From the human T2T-CHM13v2.0 reference genome, Homo sapiens, in assembly GCF_009914755.1 (NCBI RefSeq), contig NC_060947.1: a DNA stretch of 64,000 nucleotides. One strand, given 5' to 3'. Under the pieces are notes generated by a model, which was not told the DNA's origin, searched no databases, and saw only the letters and a list, made by a program, of their open reading frames with translations. The number at the start of each line of letters is the position of its first letter. Positions within the stretch are counted from its first letter, which is position 1. Positions 21,705 through 35,844 of this stretch are shown in pieces. Position numbers and translations under genes: made by a program.

Positions 21705-23588
21705 AACCTGAAGACTCCACAGAGAAACTATTAGATAAACGAATTTAATAAAGATGCAGGATACAAAATGAACATACAAAAATCACTAGCATCTCTATAT
21801 GCCCACAGTGAGAAATCTGAAAAAATAAAACAAAAAAGTAATTCCATTTATAATAGCCACAGATAAAATTAAATACCTAGGAATTAACTGAAAAAGTGAA
21901 ATATCTCTATAATAAAATACATAAAGCACTAATGAAAGACATTGAGAGAATAAAAAATGGAAAAACCATTTTATGTTTATGTCTTGGAAGAAACAATATT
22001 ATTAAAATGCCCATACTACACAAAGCAATCTACAGACTAAAATCAATCCCTGTAAATATGCAAATGACATTCTTCACAGAAATAGAAAAAAATAATTTTA
22101 AAATGTATATGGAACCACAACAGACACAGAAGAGTCAAAGCTATTCTAAGTAAAATGAACAAGACTGGAGAAATTACCTTATTTTCCTTCATTATATTAC
22201 AGAGTTATAGTAACCAGAACATCATGGTACTGGCATAAAAAAAGATACATAGACCAATAGAACACAACAAAGAACTCAGAAACAATTCCACACACTTTCA
22301 GTGAATTTATTTTTGACAAAACGTTTCCAAAAACATATGCTATGGAAATACAGGCTCTTCAATGAATATTGCTGGGAAAATTGGATATCCATATGCAGAA
22401 TAGTGAAATTAGACCTCTATCTTATGCTGTGTATAAAAATTAAATTAAATTGAATGAAAGATTTAAATCTAAGAAACCAAACTATGAAACTACTAAAAAA
22501 AGTTTGGATAAATTTTACAGGTCATCGGTCTCAGTACAACTTTCTGGAGCAGGATACAATTTTCTGGAGCATTACCGCAGGAGCACAGGCAACCAAAGCA
22601 AAAATGGACAAATGGGATCAAATCAAGTTAAAAACGTACTGCAAAGCAAAGGAAGCAATCAACAAAGTGAAAAGACAACTCAGAGAATGAGAGAAGATAT
22701 TGGCAAAGTACCTATCTGAGAAGGGACTAAGAATGAGAATATATAAGCTCAAACAACTATGTAGAAATAAATCTAATAATCTGATCCAAACTTGGGCAAA
22801 AGACTTGAACAGACATTTCTCAAAAGGAGGCATGCAAATGACAAACAGTCATATAAAAATGTCTTCAAGACAATTGAATATTAGAGAAATGCAAATCAAA
22901 TCTACAGTGTGATATCATCTCACCCCAGTTAAAATGGCTTATATCAAAATGAGACACGATGATAAATGCTGGTGAGAATGTGGAGAAAACAGAACACTTG
23001 TACACTGTTGCTGAGAATGTAAATTAGCACAACCCGTATAAAAAATAGTTTGGAGCTTTCTCACAAAAACAAAAATTGAACTACCATATGATGCAGCAAA
23101 GCATCTGCTAGGTACATACCCATAAGAAAGAAAATCAGTATACCAAAGACGTGTCTTCATTTCCATGTTTTTTCTAGCACTGTTCACAGTAGCCAAGATT
23201 CGGATGCAACCTAAATGTCTATCAACAATGAATGGATAAAAAAATGCAGTACATATACACAATTGGGTACTATTCAGCCACAAAAATAAATGAGATCCTG
23301 TCATTTGCAACAACAGGGATAAAACCGGAGATCATTACGTTAAGTAAAACAGGCCAGGCACAGAAAGACAAACATTGCATGCTATCACTTATCTGTGGAA
23401 TCTAAAAATCAAAACAAACTCATGGACATAGAGAGTAGAAGGATGGTTACCCATGGCTTGGAAAAGTAGTGGGAGGATGAGAGGTAGGTGGGGATTTTTA
23501 ATGGGTACAAAAAGTCCTTAGAAAGAATGAATAAGACCTATTATTTGATCGCACAACAGGGTGACTATACTCAATAATAAATTAATTG

Positions 23589-23883
23589 GGCCAGGCGCAA
23601 TGTCCCACATCTGTAATCCCAGCATTTTGAGAGGCTGAGGCTGGTGGATCACCTAAGGTCAGGAGTTCCAGACCAGCCTGGCTAACATGGTGAAACCCCA
23701 TCTTTACTAAAAATACAAAAATTAACTGGGCATGGTGGTGGCGCCTGTAATCACAGCTTCTAGAGAGTCTAAGGCAGGAGAATTGGTTGAACCAAGGAGG
23801 CAGAGATAGCACTGAGCCAAGATCATGCTACTGCACTCCAGCCTGGACAACAAAGCAAGAGTCAGTTTCAAAATAATAATGAT
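23589..23883 (+). mobile_element. AluS (Sx-like)
   Basis: Two-arm Alu with tactaaaaatacaaaaatta linker; 16-bp TSD aataataaattaattg at 23573-23588 and 23884-23899. Confidence 0.95.
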
Positions 23884-24109
23884 AATAATAAATTAATTGT
23901 ATAATTTTCAATAACTGAAAAAGTGTAATTGTATTGTTTGCAACACAAGGAATAAATGCTTGATATGACTGATACCTTATTCTCCATAATGTGATTATTT
24001 AACATTGCGTGTCTGTATCAAAATATAACATGTATCCCATAAATATATATATACCTACAACCTACCCCAAAATATTAAAAATCAAAACATTCAAAAAGAA
24101 GCAAAAAGT

Positions 24110-25315
24110 AGGAAAACAGAGCTGGAGTCATCACATTGCTCAATTTCCATCTATAATAAAAGTGTACAGTAACCAAAACAGCATGGTACAGACACAAAAG
24201 CAGACACACAGACCAACTGAACATGAGAGAGAGTCCAGAAATAATGCTGCACACCTACACCTATCTGATCTTTAAAAAAATCATCAAAAACGGGAAATAG
24301 GGAAAGGACTTCCTATTCAATAAACGGTGCTGGAATAACTGGCTAATAAAATGCAGAAGATTGAAACTTGTCGTGTCCCTTACACTATTTAAAAAACCCT
24401 CAAGATCAATTTAAGACTTAAATATAAAACCTAAAACTATAAACACCATGGAAAATAACCTAAAAAGTTTCATTCTGGATGTATAAACAGGCAAAGATTT
24501 TACAAAAAAAGATGCCAAAAGCCATTGCAACAAAAACAAAAATTGACAAACGGGACCTAATTAAATTAAAGATCTTCTGCACAGTAAAAGAAGCTATCAA
24601 CGGAATAAATAGAAAACCTACACAATGGGGGAAGACATTCACAAACTATGCATCCAACAAAGGTCTAATACCCAGAATATGTAAGGAACTTAAATTTACA
24701 AGCAGAAAACAAACAACTGAGTTAAAAAGTGGGCAAATAACATGAGCAGATACTTTTCAAGAGAAGACTTACATACAGCCAATAAGTATATGAAACAATG
24801 CTCAACACCACTAATTCTTAGAGAAATGAAAATCAAAACCAGAATGAGACATCATCTGACCCCAACCAAAAAGTGTATTATTAAAAAGTGAAAAAATAAT
24901 AGATGTTGGTGAGGATGCAGAGAAAAGGGAATGCTTATATATTTCTGGTGGGAATGCAAGTTAGTTCAGCCACTGTGGAAAGCAGTTTGGTGATTTCTCA
25001 AAGAAGGTAACATGGGTGCTGCTGTAGGCCATTATCCTAAGCAAACTAACATAGGAACAGAAAATCAAATACCACAGGTTCTCACTTATAAGTGGGCGCT
25101 AAACATCAAGTACATGTGGACACAAAGAATGGAACAGCAGAGGCAGGGATTTACTTGAGAGCGGAGTGTCAGAGGAGGGTGAAAATTGAAAGACTATGGG
25201 GTACTAGGCTTATTACCTGGGTGACTAATCTGTACACCCAACCCCCATGACACAGAATTTACCTATATAACACACCTGCACGTGTGCCCTTGAACATAAA
25301 ATAAGAGATAAAAAG
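24110..25315 (+). mobile_element. 5'-truncated old L1PA/L1PB with internal deletion near 25010
   Basis: ORF2 remnant 24479-24745 ([19 protein letters not shown]) and 3'UTR. Confidence 0.85.
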
Positions 25316-26149
25316 CATTTTTATAAAGAAGTTTTGAGATATTTTAGCAAATCAGAATTGAAGTGTTGTCAAATGCAAAGGAGGCTAATATTGCCTCAAC
25401 TTCCTCTTTTTATTTTTTTATTATACTTTAAGTTCTAGGGTACATGTGCACAACATGCAGGTTTGTTTCATATGTATACACGTGCCATGTTGGTGTGCTG
25501 CACCCATCAACTCATCATTTACATTAGGTATATCTCCTAATGCTTTCCCTCCCACCTCCTACCACCCCACAACAGGCCCCAGTGGGTAATGTTCCCCTTC
25601 CTACGTCCAAGTGTTCCCATTGTTCCATTCCCACCAATGAGTGAGAACATGCAGTGTTTGGATTTTGTTCTTGTGATAGTTTGCTGAGAAGGATGGTTTC
25701 CAGCTTCATCCATGTCCTTACAAAGAACATGAACTCATCATTTTTTATGGCTGCATAGTATTCCATGGTGTATATGTGCCACATTTTCTTAATCCAGTCT
25801 ATCATTGTTGGACATTTGGGTTGGTTCCAAGTCTTTGCTATTGTGAATAGTGCCACAATAAACATATGTGTGCATGTGCCTTAATTGCAGCATGATTTAT
25901 AATCCTTTGGGTATATACCCAGTAATGGGACGGCTGGGTCAAATGGTATTTCTAGTTCTAGATCCTTGAGGAATCCCCACACTGTCTTCCACAATGGTTG
26001 AACTAGTTTATAGTCCCACCAACAGCGTAAAAGTGTTCCTATTTCTCCACATCCTCTCCAGCACCTGTTGTTTCCTGACTTTTTAATGATCGCCATTCTA
26101 ACTGGTGTGAGATGGTATCTCATTGTGGTTTTGATTTGCATTTCTCTTA

Positions 26150-26638
<489 letters not shown>

Positions 26639-27473
26639 TCAGCACCTTTTATTAAATAGGCAATCCTTTCCCCATTTCTTGTTTTTGTCAGGTTTGACAA
26701 AGATCAGATGGTTGTAGATGTGTGGTATTATTTCTGAGAGCTCTGTTCTGTTCCATTGGTCCATATCTCTGTTTTGGTACCAGTACCGTGCTGTTTTGGT
26801 TACTGTAGCTTTGTAGTAGAGTTTGAAGTCAGGTAGCATGATGCCTCCAGGTTTGTTCTTTTGACTTAGGGTTGTCTTGGCAATGTGGGCTCTTTTTTGG
26901 TTCCATATGAACTTTAAAGTAGTTTTTTTCCAATTATGTGAAGAAAGTCATTGGTAGCTTGATGGGGATGGCATTGAATCTATAAATTACCTTGGGAAGT
27001 ATGGCCATTTTCACAATATTGATTCTTCCTATCCATGAGTATGGAATGTTCTTCCATTTGTTTTTGTCCTCTCTTATTTCATTGACCAGTTGTTTGTAGT
27101 TCTCCTTGAAGAGGCCCTTCACATCCTTTGTAAGTTGGATTCCTAGGTATTTTACTCTCTTTGAAGCAACTGTGAATGGGAGTTCACTCATGATTTGGCT
27201 CTCTGTTTGTCTGTTATTGATGTATAAGAATGCTTGTGATTTTTGCACATTGATTTTGTATCCTGAGACATTGCTGAAGTTGCTTATCAGCTTAAGGAGA
27301 TTTTGGGCTGAGAAGATGGGGTTTTCTAAATATACAATCATGTCATCTGCAAACAGGGATAATTTGACTTCCTCTTTTCCTAATTGAATACCCCTTATTT
27401 CTTTCTCCTGCCTGATTGCCCTGACCAGAACTTCTAACACTATGTTGAATAGGAGTGGTGAGAGACGGCATCA

Positions 27474-27764
<291 letters not shown>

Positions 27765-28373
27765 TCATGGTGGATAAGCTGTTTGATGTGCTGCTGGATT
27801 CGGTTTGCCAGTATCTTATTGAGGATTTTTGCATCAATGTTCATGAGGGATATTGGTCTAAAATTCTCTTTTTTTTTTGTTGTGTCTCTTCCAGGCTTTG
27901 GTATCAGGATGATGCCAGCCTCATAAAATGATTTAGGGGGGATTCCCTCTTTTCCTTTTGATTGGAATAGTTTCCGAAGTAATTGTACCAGCTCCTCCTT
28001 GTACGTCTGGTAGAATTCGGCTGTGAATCTGTCTGGTCCTGGACTTTTTTTGGTTGGTAGGCTATTAGTTATTGTCTCAATTTCAGAGCCTGTTATTGGT
28101 CTATTCAGGGATTCAACTTCTTCCTGGTTTAGTCTTGGGAGAGTGTATGTGTTGAGGAATTTATCCATTTCTTCTAGATTTTCTAGTTTATTTGTGTAGA
28201 GGTGTTTATAGTATTCTCTGATGGTAGTTTGTATTTCTGTGGGATCAGTGGTGATATTCCCTTTATCATTTTTTATTGCATCTATTTGATTCTTCTCTCT
28301 TTTCTTCTTTATTAGTCTTGCTAGTGGTCAATCAATTTTGTTGATCTTTTCAAAAAACCAGCTCCTGGATTCA

Positions 28374-28658
<285 letters not shown>

Positions 28659-30647
28659 TTAGTTATGTACTCAGTAGTCTTTCAGGAGCAGATTGTTCAG
28701 TTTCCATGTAGTTGAGCGGTTTTGAGTGAATTTCTTAATCCTGAGTTCTAGTTTGATAACACTGTGGTCTGAGAGACAGTTTGTTATAATTTCTGTTTTT
28801 TACATTTGCTGAGGAGTGCTTTACTTCCAACTATGTAGTCAATTTTGGAATAAGTGTGATATGGCATTGAGAAGAATGTATATTCTGTTGATTTGGGGTG
28901 GAGAGTTCTATAGATGTCTATTAGGTCCGCTTGGTGCAGAGCTGAGTTCAATTCCTGGATATCCTTGTTAACTTTCTGTCTCGTGGATCTGTCTAACATT
29001 GACAGTGGGGTGTTAAAGTCTCCCATTACTATTGTGTGGGAGTCTAAGTCTCTTTGTAGATCTCTAAGGACTTGCTTTATGTATCTGGGTACTCCTGTAT
29101 TGGGTGCATATATATTTAAGATAGTTAGCTCTTCTTGTTGAATTGATCCCTTTACCATTATGTAATGGTCTTCTTTGTCTCCTTTGATCTTTTTTGGTTA
29201 AAATCTGCTTTAACAGAAACTAGGATTGCATCCCCTGCCTTTGTTTGTTTTCCATTTGCTTGGTAGATCTTCCTCCATCCCTTTGTTTTGAGTCTATGTG
29301 TGTCTTTGATGTGAGATGGGTCTCCTGAATACAGCACACTGATAAGTCTTGACTCTTTATCCAATTTGCCAGCCTGTGTCTTTTAATTGGAGCATTTAGT
29401 CCATTTACATTTAAGGTTGATGTTATGTGTGAATTTGATCCTGTCATTATGATGTTAGCTGGTTATTTTGCTCGTTAGTTGATGCTGTTTCCTCCTAGCG
29501 TCGATGGTCTTTACAATTTGTCATCTTTTTGCCGTGGCTGGTACCTTTTTTTCCTTTCCATGTTTAGTGCTTCCTTCAGGAGCTCTTTTAGGGCAGGCCT
29601 GGTGGTGACAAAATCTCTCAGCATTTGCTTGTCTGTAAAGTATTTTATTTCTCCTTCACTTATGAAGCTTAGTTTGGCTGGATATGAAATTCTGGGTTGA
29701 AACTTCTTTTCTTTAAGAATGTTGAATATTGGCCCCCACTCTCTTCTGGCTTGTAGAGTTTCTGCCAAGAGATCTGCTGTTAGTCTGATGGGCTTCCCTT
29801 TGTGGGTAACCTGACCTTTCTCTCTGGCTGCCCTTTAAATTTTTTCCTTCATTTCAACTTTGGTGAATCTGACAATTATGTGTCTTGGAGTTGCTCTTCT
29901 CAAGGAGTATCTTTGTGGCATTCTCTGTATTTCCTGAATTTGAATGTTGGCCTGCCTTGCTAGATTGGGGAAGTTCTCCTGAATATCCTGAAGAGTGTTT
30001 TCTAACTTGGTTCCATTCTCCCCGTCAATTTCAGGTACACCAATCAGATGTAGATTTGGTCTTTTCAAATAGTCCAATATTTCTTGGAGGCTTCGTTCAT
30101 TTCTTTTTACTCTTTTTTCTCTAAACTTCTTGCTTCATTTCATTCATTTTATCTTCAATCACTGATACCCTTTCTTCTAGTTGATCGAATCGGCTACTGA
30201 AGCTTGCGCATTCGTCATGTAGTTCTCATGCCATGGTTTTCAGCTCCATCGGGTCATTTAAGGACTTCTCTACACTAGTTATTCTAGTTGGCCATTCGTC
30301 TAATCTTTTTTCAAGGTTTTTAGCTTCTTTGCGTTGGGTTTGAACTTCCTCCTTTAGCTCGGAGTAGTTTGATCATCTGAAGCCTTCTTCTCTCAACTCA
30401 TCAAAGTCATTCTCTGTCCAGCTTTGTTCTGTTGCTGGCAAGGAGCTGTGTTCCTTTCAAGGGAGAGAGCTGCTCTGATTTTTAGAATTTTCAGCTTTTC
30501 TGCTCTGTTTTTTTCCCACCTTTGTGGTTTTATCTACCTTTGGTCTTTGATTATGGTGACGTACAGATGGAGTTTTAGTGTGGATGTCCTTTTTGTTTGT
30601 TAGTTTTCCTTCCAACAGTCAGGACCCTCAGCTGCAGGTCTGTTGGA

Positions 30648-30776
30648 GTTTGCTGGAGGTGCACTCCAGACCCTGTTTGCCTGGGTATCAGCAGCGGAGG
30701 CTGAAGAACATGAATATTGCTGAACAGCAAATGTTGCTGCCTGATCATTCCTCTGGAAGCTTTGTCTCAGAGGGGT
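30648..30776 (-). promoter_or_regulatory. L1 5'UTR segment retained in L1PA3-6 (ZNF93-target region, deleted in L1PA2/L1Hs)
   Basis: Extra ~129 nt between ggtctgttgga and taccc...tgtga relative to remembered L1Hs; contains cagcagcggaggctg. Confidence 0.7.
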
Positions 30777-31527
30777 ACCCAGCCATGTGAAGTGTCAGTC
30801 TGCCCCTACTGGGGGGTGCCTCTCAGATAGGCTACTCAGGGGTCAGGGACCCACTTGAGGAGGCAGTCTGTCCATTCTCAGATCTCAGACTCCGTGCTGG
30901 GAGAACTACTACTCTCCTCAAAGCTGTCAGACAGGGACATTTAAGTCTGCAGAGGTTTTTGCTGCCTTTTTGGCTATGCCCTGCCCCCAGAGGTGGAGCC
31001 TACAGAGGCAGGCAGGCCTCCTTGAGCTGCAGTGGGCTCTGCCCACTTCGAGTTTCCTGGCTGCTTTTTTTACCTACTCAAGCCTCAGCAATGGTGGGCA
31101 CCCCTCCCTCAGCCTCACTGCCACCTTGCAGTTCTATCTCAGACTGCTGTGCTAGCAATGAGTGAGGCTCTGTGGATGTGGGACCCTCCGAGTCAGGTGC
31201 GGCATATAATCTCCTTGTGTGCCATTTGCTAAGATCATTGGAAAAGCGCAGTATTAGGGTGGGAGTGACCCAATTTTCCAGGTGCCATCTGTCACCACTT
31301 CCCTTGGCTAGGAAAGGGAATTCTCTGACCACTTGCACTTCCCAGGTGAGGTGATGCTTCACCCTGCTTTGGGTCACTCTCAGTGGGCTGTACCCACTGT
31401 CTGACGAGCCCCAGTGAGATGAACCTGGTACCTCAGTTGGAAATGCAGAAATCAGTTGCAAATGCAGAAATCACCGATCTTCTGTATCGCTCACGCTGGG
31501 AGCTGTAGAATAGAGCTGTTCCTATTT

Positions 31528-31537
31528 GGCCATCTTG
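31528..31537 (-). promoter_or_regulatory. YY1 site at the start of the L1 internal promoter
   Basis: CAAGATGGCC on the minus strand at the element's 5' end. Confidence 0.8.
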
Positions 31538-31722
31538 GAATGGAGAATCAGACTTTCTCTTCTCAATTGTTCCCCACTTTCTTCTCTGAAGGTGTTCACA
31601 TGCTATTTTCTCCCACATTCAAAACTTGTCTTTTAGTTTTGCTGTGATATGAGTGATTTGATCATTCGTTTATTATTTACTGAGTGTTAGCTTTGTATAA
31701 TCCACTGGACTAGGCTTTAAGG

Positions 31723-32186
31723 TGTTAAAAACAAAAAAAAAAACTTCAGCAGAATTAAATTTAAAGGAGTTTAATTGAGCAATGAATGATTAATGAATTT
31801 GACAGCCCCCAGAATGACAGCAGATTCAGAGAGACTCTAGGGATGCCTTGAGTCTATAAGAACAAACTTATAGACAAAAAAAAAAAAACAAAAAACAAAA
31901 AAAATGGAAGTGAGGTAAACAAACCAGAAGTGAGGCACAGAAACAATTGGATTGGTTACAGCTCAGCGTTTGCCTTATTTGGACACAGTATGAACACTCA
32001 GCAGTGTATGAGTGGTTGAAATATGGCTGCTAGGATTGGCCAAGACTCAGCTCTTGTTGCAGGTGCATACTCCTAAGTTAGGTTTTTAATCTTGTCTACT
32101 TATTAAGTTAAGTTGCAGTTTGTCCACAAGAACACAAATATAGAAGTATGGAGTCCTTCTCAGGCCATATTTAGTTTGTTTTAACA
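31723..32186 (-). mobile_element. MER57-like (ERV1) solo LTR inserted into an L2 remnant
   Basis: tgttaa...ttaaca termini; reverse complement starts tgttaaaacaaactaaatatggcctgagaaggactcc; CCAAT boxes at ~31950 and ~32035; L2-like flanks at 31660-31720 and 32190-32240. Confidence 0.75.
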
Positions 32187-32479
32187 AGAGACACGGATAT
32201 TAATTAGATATAATTTCTACTCTCAAGATGCTCACAGATCAATATTTAAAATGCTATAATAGGCAAGGTGGTTGGCATTTTTATTGGAATTAAAGTTTCC
32301 AGTTGAGCTAGACTGTCAACCTTTGACATTTTAGGCATTGTGGACAAGTGTTTGGAACACCCTAATATGACTCTCCCAAAACTCAGTCATTCCTCAAAAT
32401 AGGTTCATGTTGTGTCAATGAGGTCTCCAGATCAGGGAGATCACAGAAGAACTTTAGTGAAGTAGACAGTTAATAATCT

Positions 32480-32595
32480 AATTAAACTGCAAACTCATTG
32501 AAGTTGGGGCCTATGTTTTATTCATCTACCAATACCAAGCACCTACCAGAGTGCTTAGGCTTAGAAAACATTTGTTCTAGAAGTGAGTAAATAGG
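32480..32595 (+). mobile_element. L2 3' end remnant
   Basis: aaactgcaaactcattgaag...tgttttattcatc...agcacctaccagagtgc, typical of the L2 tail. Confidence 0.55.
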
Positions 32596-33333
32596 AGAGG
32601 ATAAAATAAATCTATAGATTAGATCATGTTTCAGCTGTCTCTTACGAAATCTTTACCACTCTTTCTGAGCAATTTTTTCCATTTTTGGCATTTTACTTCT
32701 ACCCATGCCCAAGTTATCCCCAAAACACATTTCCAATATGGTATTAAAGAATTAATGTGAGGAAATTAGCATTTGCTAATACAAGTATATGAAGAAGTAA
32801 TTCTTAACCCAAAAGAGTGTCTGAAAATAATTTTAGCTTTTCTATGGCACACATTGTTAAGCACAGTCTTTTTGGTAACTCCAAATTATTCCATTTTAAT
32901 GACCTAATAAGGTTTGCTCTCATTCCTAAAGAGATTCCTCTTATACCACCCTTTAACACCTGAAACAGACAATATAGCTGAGCACAGCAATGTAGCCTAA
33001 ACACTTCAATATAGGCTGAAAACATTTACATTATACAATTAGCCTAAAAATCATATTTGACTCATGCATAGGCATGCCTACACACAGAAAGGAAAAAGAA
33101 AGATGATAATAGATGGGTGTGTACACAGGAGGAGCAGGAAGCTCAGTGCATTTTTGACACATTCTCTTTCCAAGCACTATAGTAGACTCATGGCCTTTCA
33201 TCTTATTAGTTAGAAACAGAAGCCTTTGCATCCATAAGATCGAATGAGGTCTGGAAGCAGAATATCTTCTGTAAGTTTAGTAAGCTATGCAATAGCCACC
33301 TGATGGCCTTCAGAGTACTACAAATAAATTTCC

Positions 33334-35232
33334 TCAGGAAGTAGATGCTTTTGCAAGACTGAAGCAGAAAGAAATCATGGTAAGAAACAAAACACAATGG
33401 ACAATGGGGAATCAGTGTAAAAAGCAATATTTATTACTCTATTAAAACATGATGATCATTTTAAATATATTACAACTCCTTTCTAAATTGGCAAAGTAAA
33501 ATTCTAACGGTTAAGGTGGGTTTTTGCATAAGCCCACACTTCAAACTTTCAGAAGAGGCTGAGAAAACTGTAGTGATATGTGGCAAATTAAAGTGAGACA
33601 ACCTGCTCCTGATTGAAGAAGTGTACAAATCATGGAAACTGAATTTATCTAAGCCAAAATTTGAATTTTCTTTCTCCTCGATATCCTCTGATGGGAATGC
33701 TTTCCTAAACAACTAAGTGATGCTGACAAACAATTCTACCATCTATTATAGATACAATTTTTTTTCCTGTTTTACTGTATAAACTATGTTACTTCCTCTT
33801 GCAACCATACAAGCCTGCTGTTCTTTACAGGATATCTGAGTGGAAAGGGTAAGGTTCTTGGCTTTCTTTTCATAAGTACAAAAATAGAACTTAATCTCTG
33901 TGAGTTGGTCAATGTATGTTTCTGCTGCTTCCACTTAAAATGTCACCCTGAATCTACTAATGTCTTACCTTTGTGGGGATATTTTGTTATGAAGAATGGA
34001 GACTCCAATGAGGAAATATTTACTGTAAGTTTAAGTGGTTAAAATGTTCACTGAAACTGCTGTAAGCTTTGTGAAAGGAAATGTGGCTGTCTGGATAGAA
34101 AGCTCCTTTCTCTAATGATTTAAAATGACATTGACAAAAACCAGGTGTCCACACTTATATTAAACACTGCTCCTAACAATTCTATGTAAAAATAAGATTG
34201 TGATTTATTAAACGAACATCTGTTTTGTGAGCTATGGGGGAAGGCTTAAAATTTTAAATATATGATTTCTGTCAACCAAATTAAGCAGCATTCAAGTAGC
34301 AAATACATTTAAATGTCTAAATACTTTCATAAGATGAGACTTTACATATTTTCTTGGTTTGGGACATTTCCCACGTGTGCATTCTTGGGTAAGATATGAT
34401 GGCTTCAAATATCACAAAAGGATTTTCATCAAGTCCTAGAAACTAGCACAGCTGTTAAATCTCAGTGGGGTTGATTCCCCATTTATAAGGGATATTTCTT
34501 TGGATATATATTTCTAATTTGAGAACATGAGAAACATCTTAGAAAGGGCTCCAAGTGTTTTGCTGTCTTTTTAAAAAGGAATTGCTTTCATTTTCCTCAC
34601 TCTAAATAATAAAATAGTTGTTATTTTTATGTCTGCTTATTTTACAGTTGAAGTTTGATTCTAAAGTATGTACGATTATTCACAATATGTACAATTATAT
34701 ATAATCTTAGAGAAATTAATACAAGCCATACCAAGATATCAGTGAGACTTACTCATGCCATTACATTCTCATGACAGGAGCAAGTCAGTGTATTTTGTAT
34801 ATTCTGAATTTCCCCGGATTAAAGAGTTGGAGATACTAAATTCTCTTTTAGTAAAAGGTTTCTCAATGAAGTTTTCTTTCTTAAAATACCAGGGTAAAGA
34901 CTTTATAGCACTACTAGCTTTTTTCCTAAGAAACAAAATGTAACTAAAAACTGCAGACTACATGAGCATGACACAGGATGGCACTCTCTGTTTATTACAG
35001 TTGCCAAGTTGCATCATAATGTTGAATATTGAAATTGGTTTTTCCTAATTTCTCTGACCACAAGTATAGGTGGGGCTTTTCCTCTATTGAAGTAGTTCCA
35101 AAGTGACTGAGACTCGAGATAGTATTGAAGCCCAGACAGGCTAAGCAGCTGCATGGTTCTGGGAATCTTCAGAAGAGCTGAGGTCAGCAATACTTCTTGG
35201 ACTGACCTTCCTCAGAAACTGAGTTTTGGCAT
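33334..35232 (-). pseudogene. Candidate multi-exon gene relic or spliced ncRNA (exons ~35232-35207, 34925-34753, 34022-33969, 33704-33603, 33358-33334 onward)
   Basis: Four consecutive GT-AG introns in unique DNA; an ATG with A at -3 is in frame across intron 1 with a long exon-2 frame; in-frame TGA at 35214-35212 and 34771-34769; no family recognised. Confidence 0.45.
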
Positions 35233-35844
35233 GATTGTGAAGAAAGATCTCCTCGCTGACTTGAATGCTCGAGTTGGAGTTTTCTTCTTCCTAATTGGTT
35301 CCTCTTCCCCACCCACCAAGCAAGTTACTGAGAAGAAGACTGGTTATCTTACCAGTTACTAAGACTGGGTTGGGGGAGGGGGAAATTAATTATCTATGTA
35401 TCCCTAACAGCAAAGTTTAGCCCAAAGCTGGTGCTTAATAGAGGCTTGAAATTTGATGAATTTTAGAGTCCTTGGGGAAAGGGAGAGGTTGCTGTTTGCT
35501 GACTCTATGTTGATGTCTTGCTTTATGCAGCTGCGCATGTGGGTGTCATAGAAGGCTGAAAAAAAAAAAAAAAATCACTTGAGAGAAACAGGTTTTTCCA
35601 CTTGGTCAAAATTGTTGTTCAAGATTGAAAAAACATATTTGTCTGTAGCTTCATGGGGGTGTAAAACAATAACATATCACCAGAATTAGACTTACAAACT
35701 GGCAACTGCTTACGTGTACTGTTTGGAGGCTGAGAAAATAAACCCCTACCTGATGTGTCTTCTAGTCCTGTCTGTGAATTTCTGATATATGGCCTTTACT
35801 ATTTTACGATGAGTTCCTTCTATAGCCAGCTTGTTGATAATTTT

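Noticed and set aside
33831-34665. Two 18-nt plus-strand micro-exon candidates (33831-33848 and ~34648-34665)
   Set aside because: Splice-like flanks are present but no coherent frame or exon chain links them; kept only as possible acceptors for L1 antisense transcripts
35153-35362. Plus-strand 69-aa ORF (and 34755-34943) as genes
   Set aside because: Short, no recognisable motif, and antisense to the better-supported minus-strand exons
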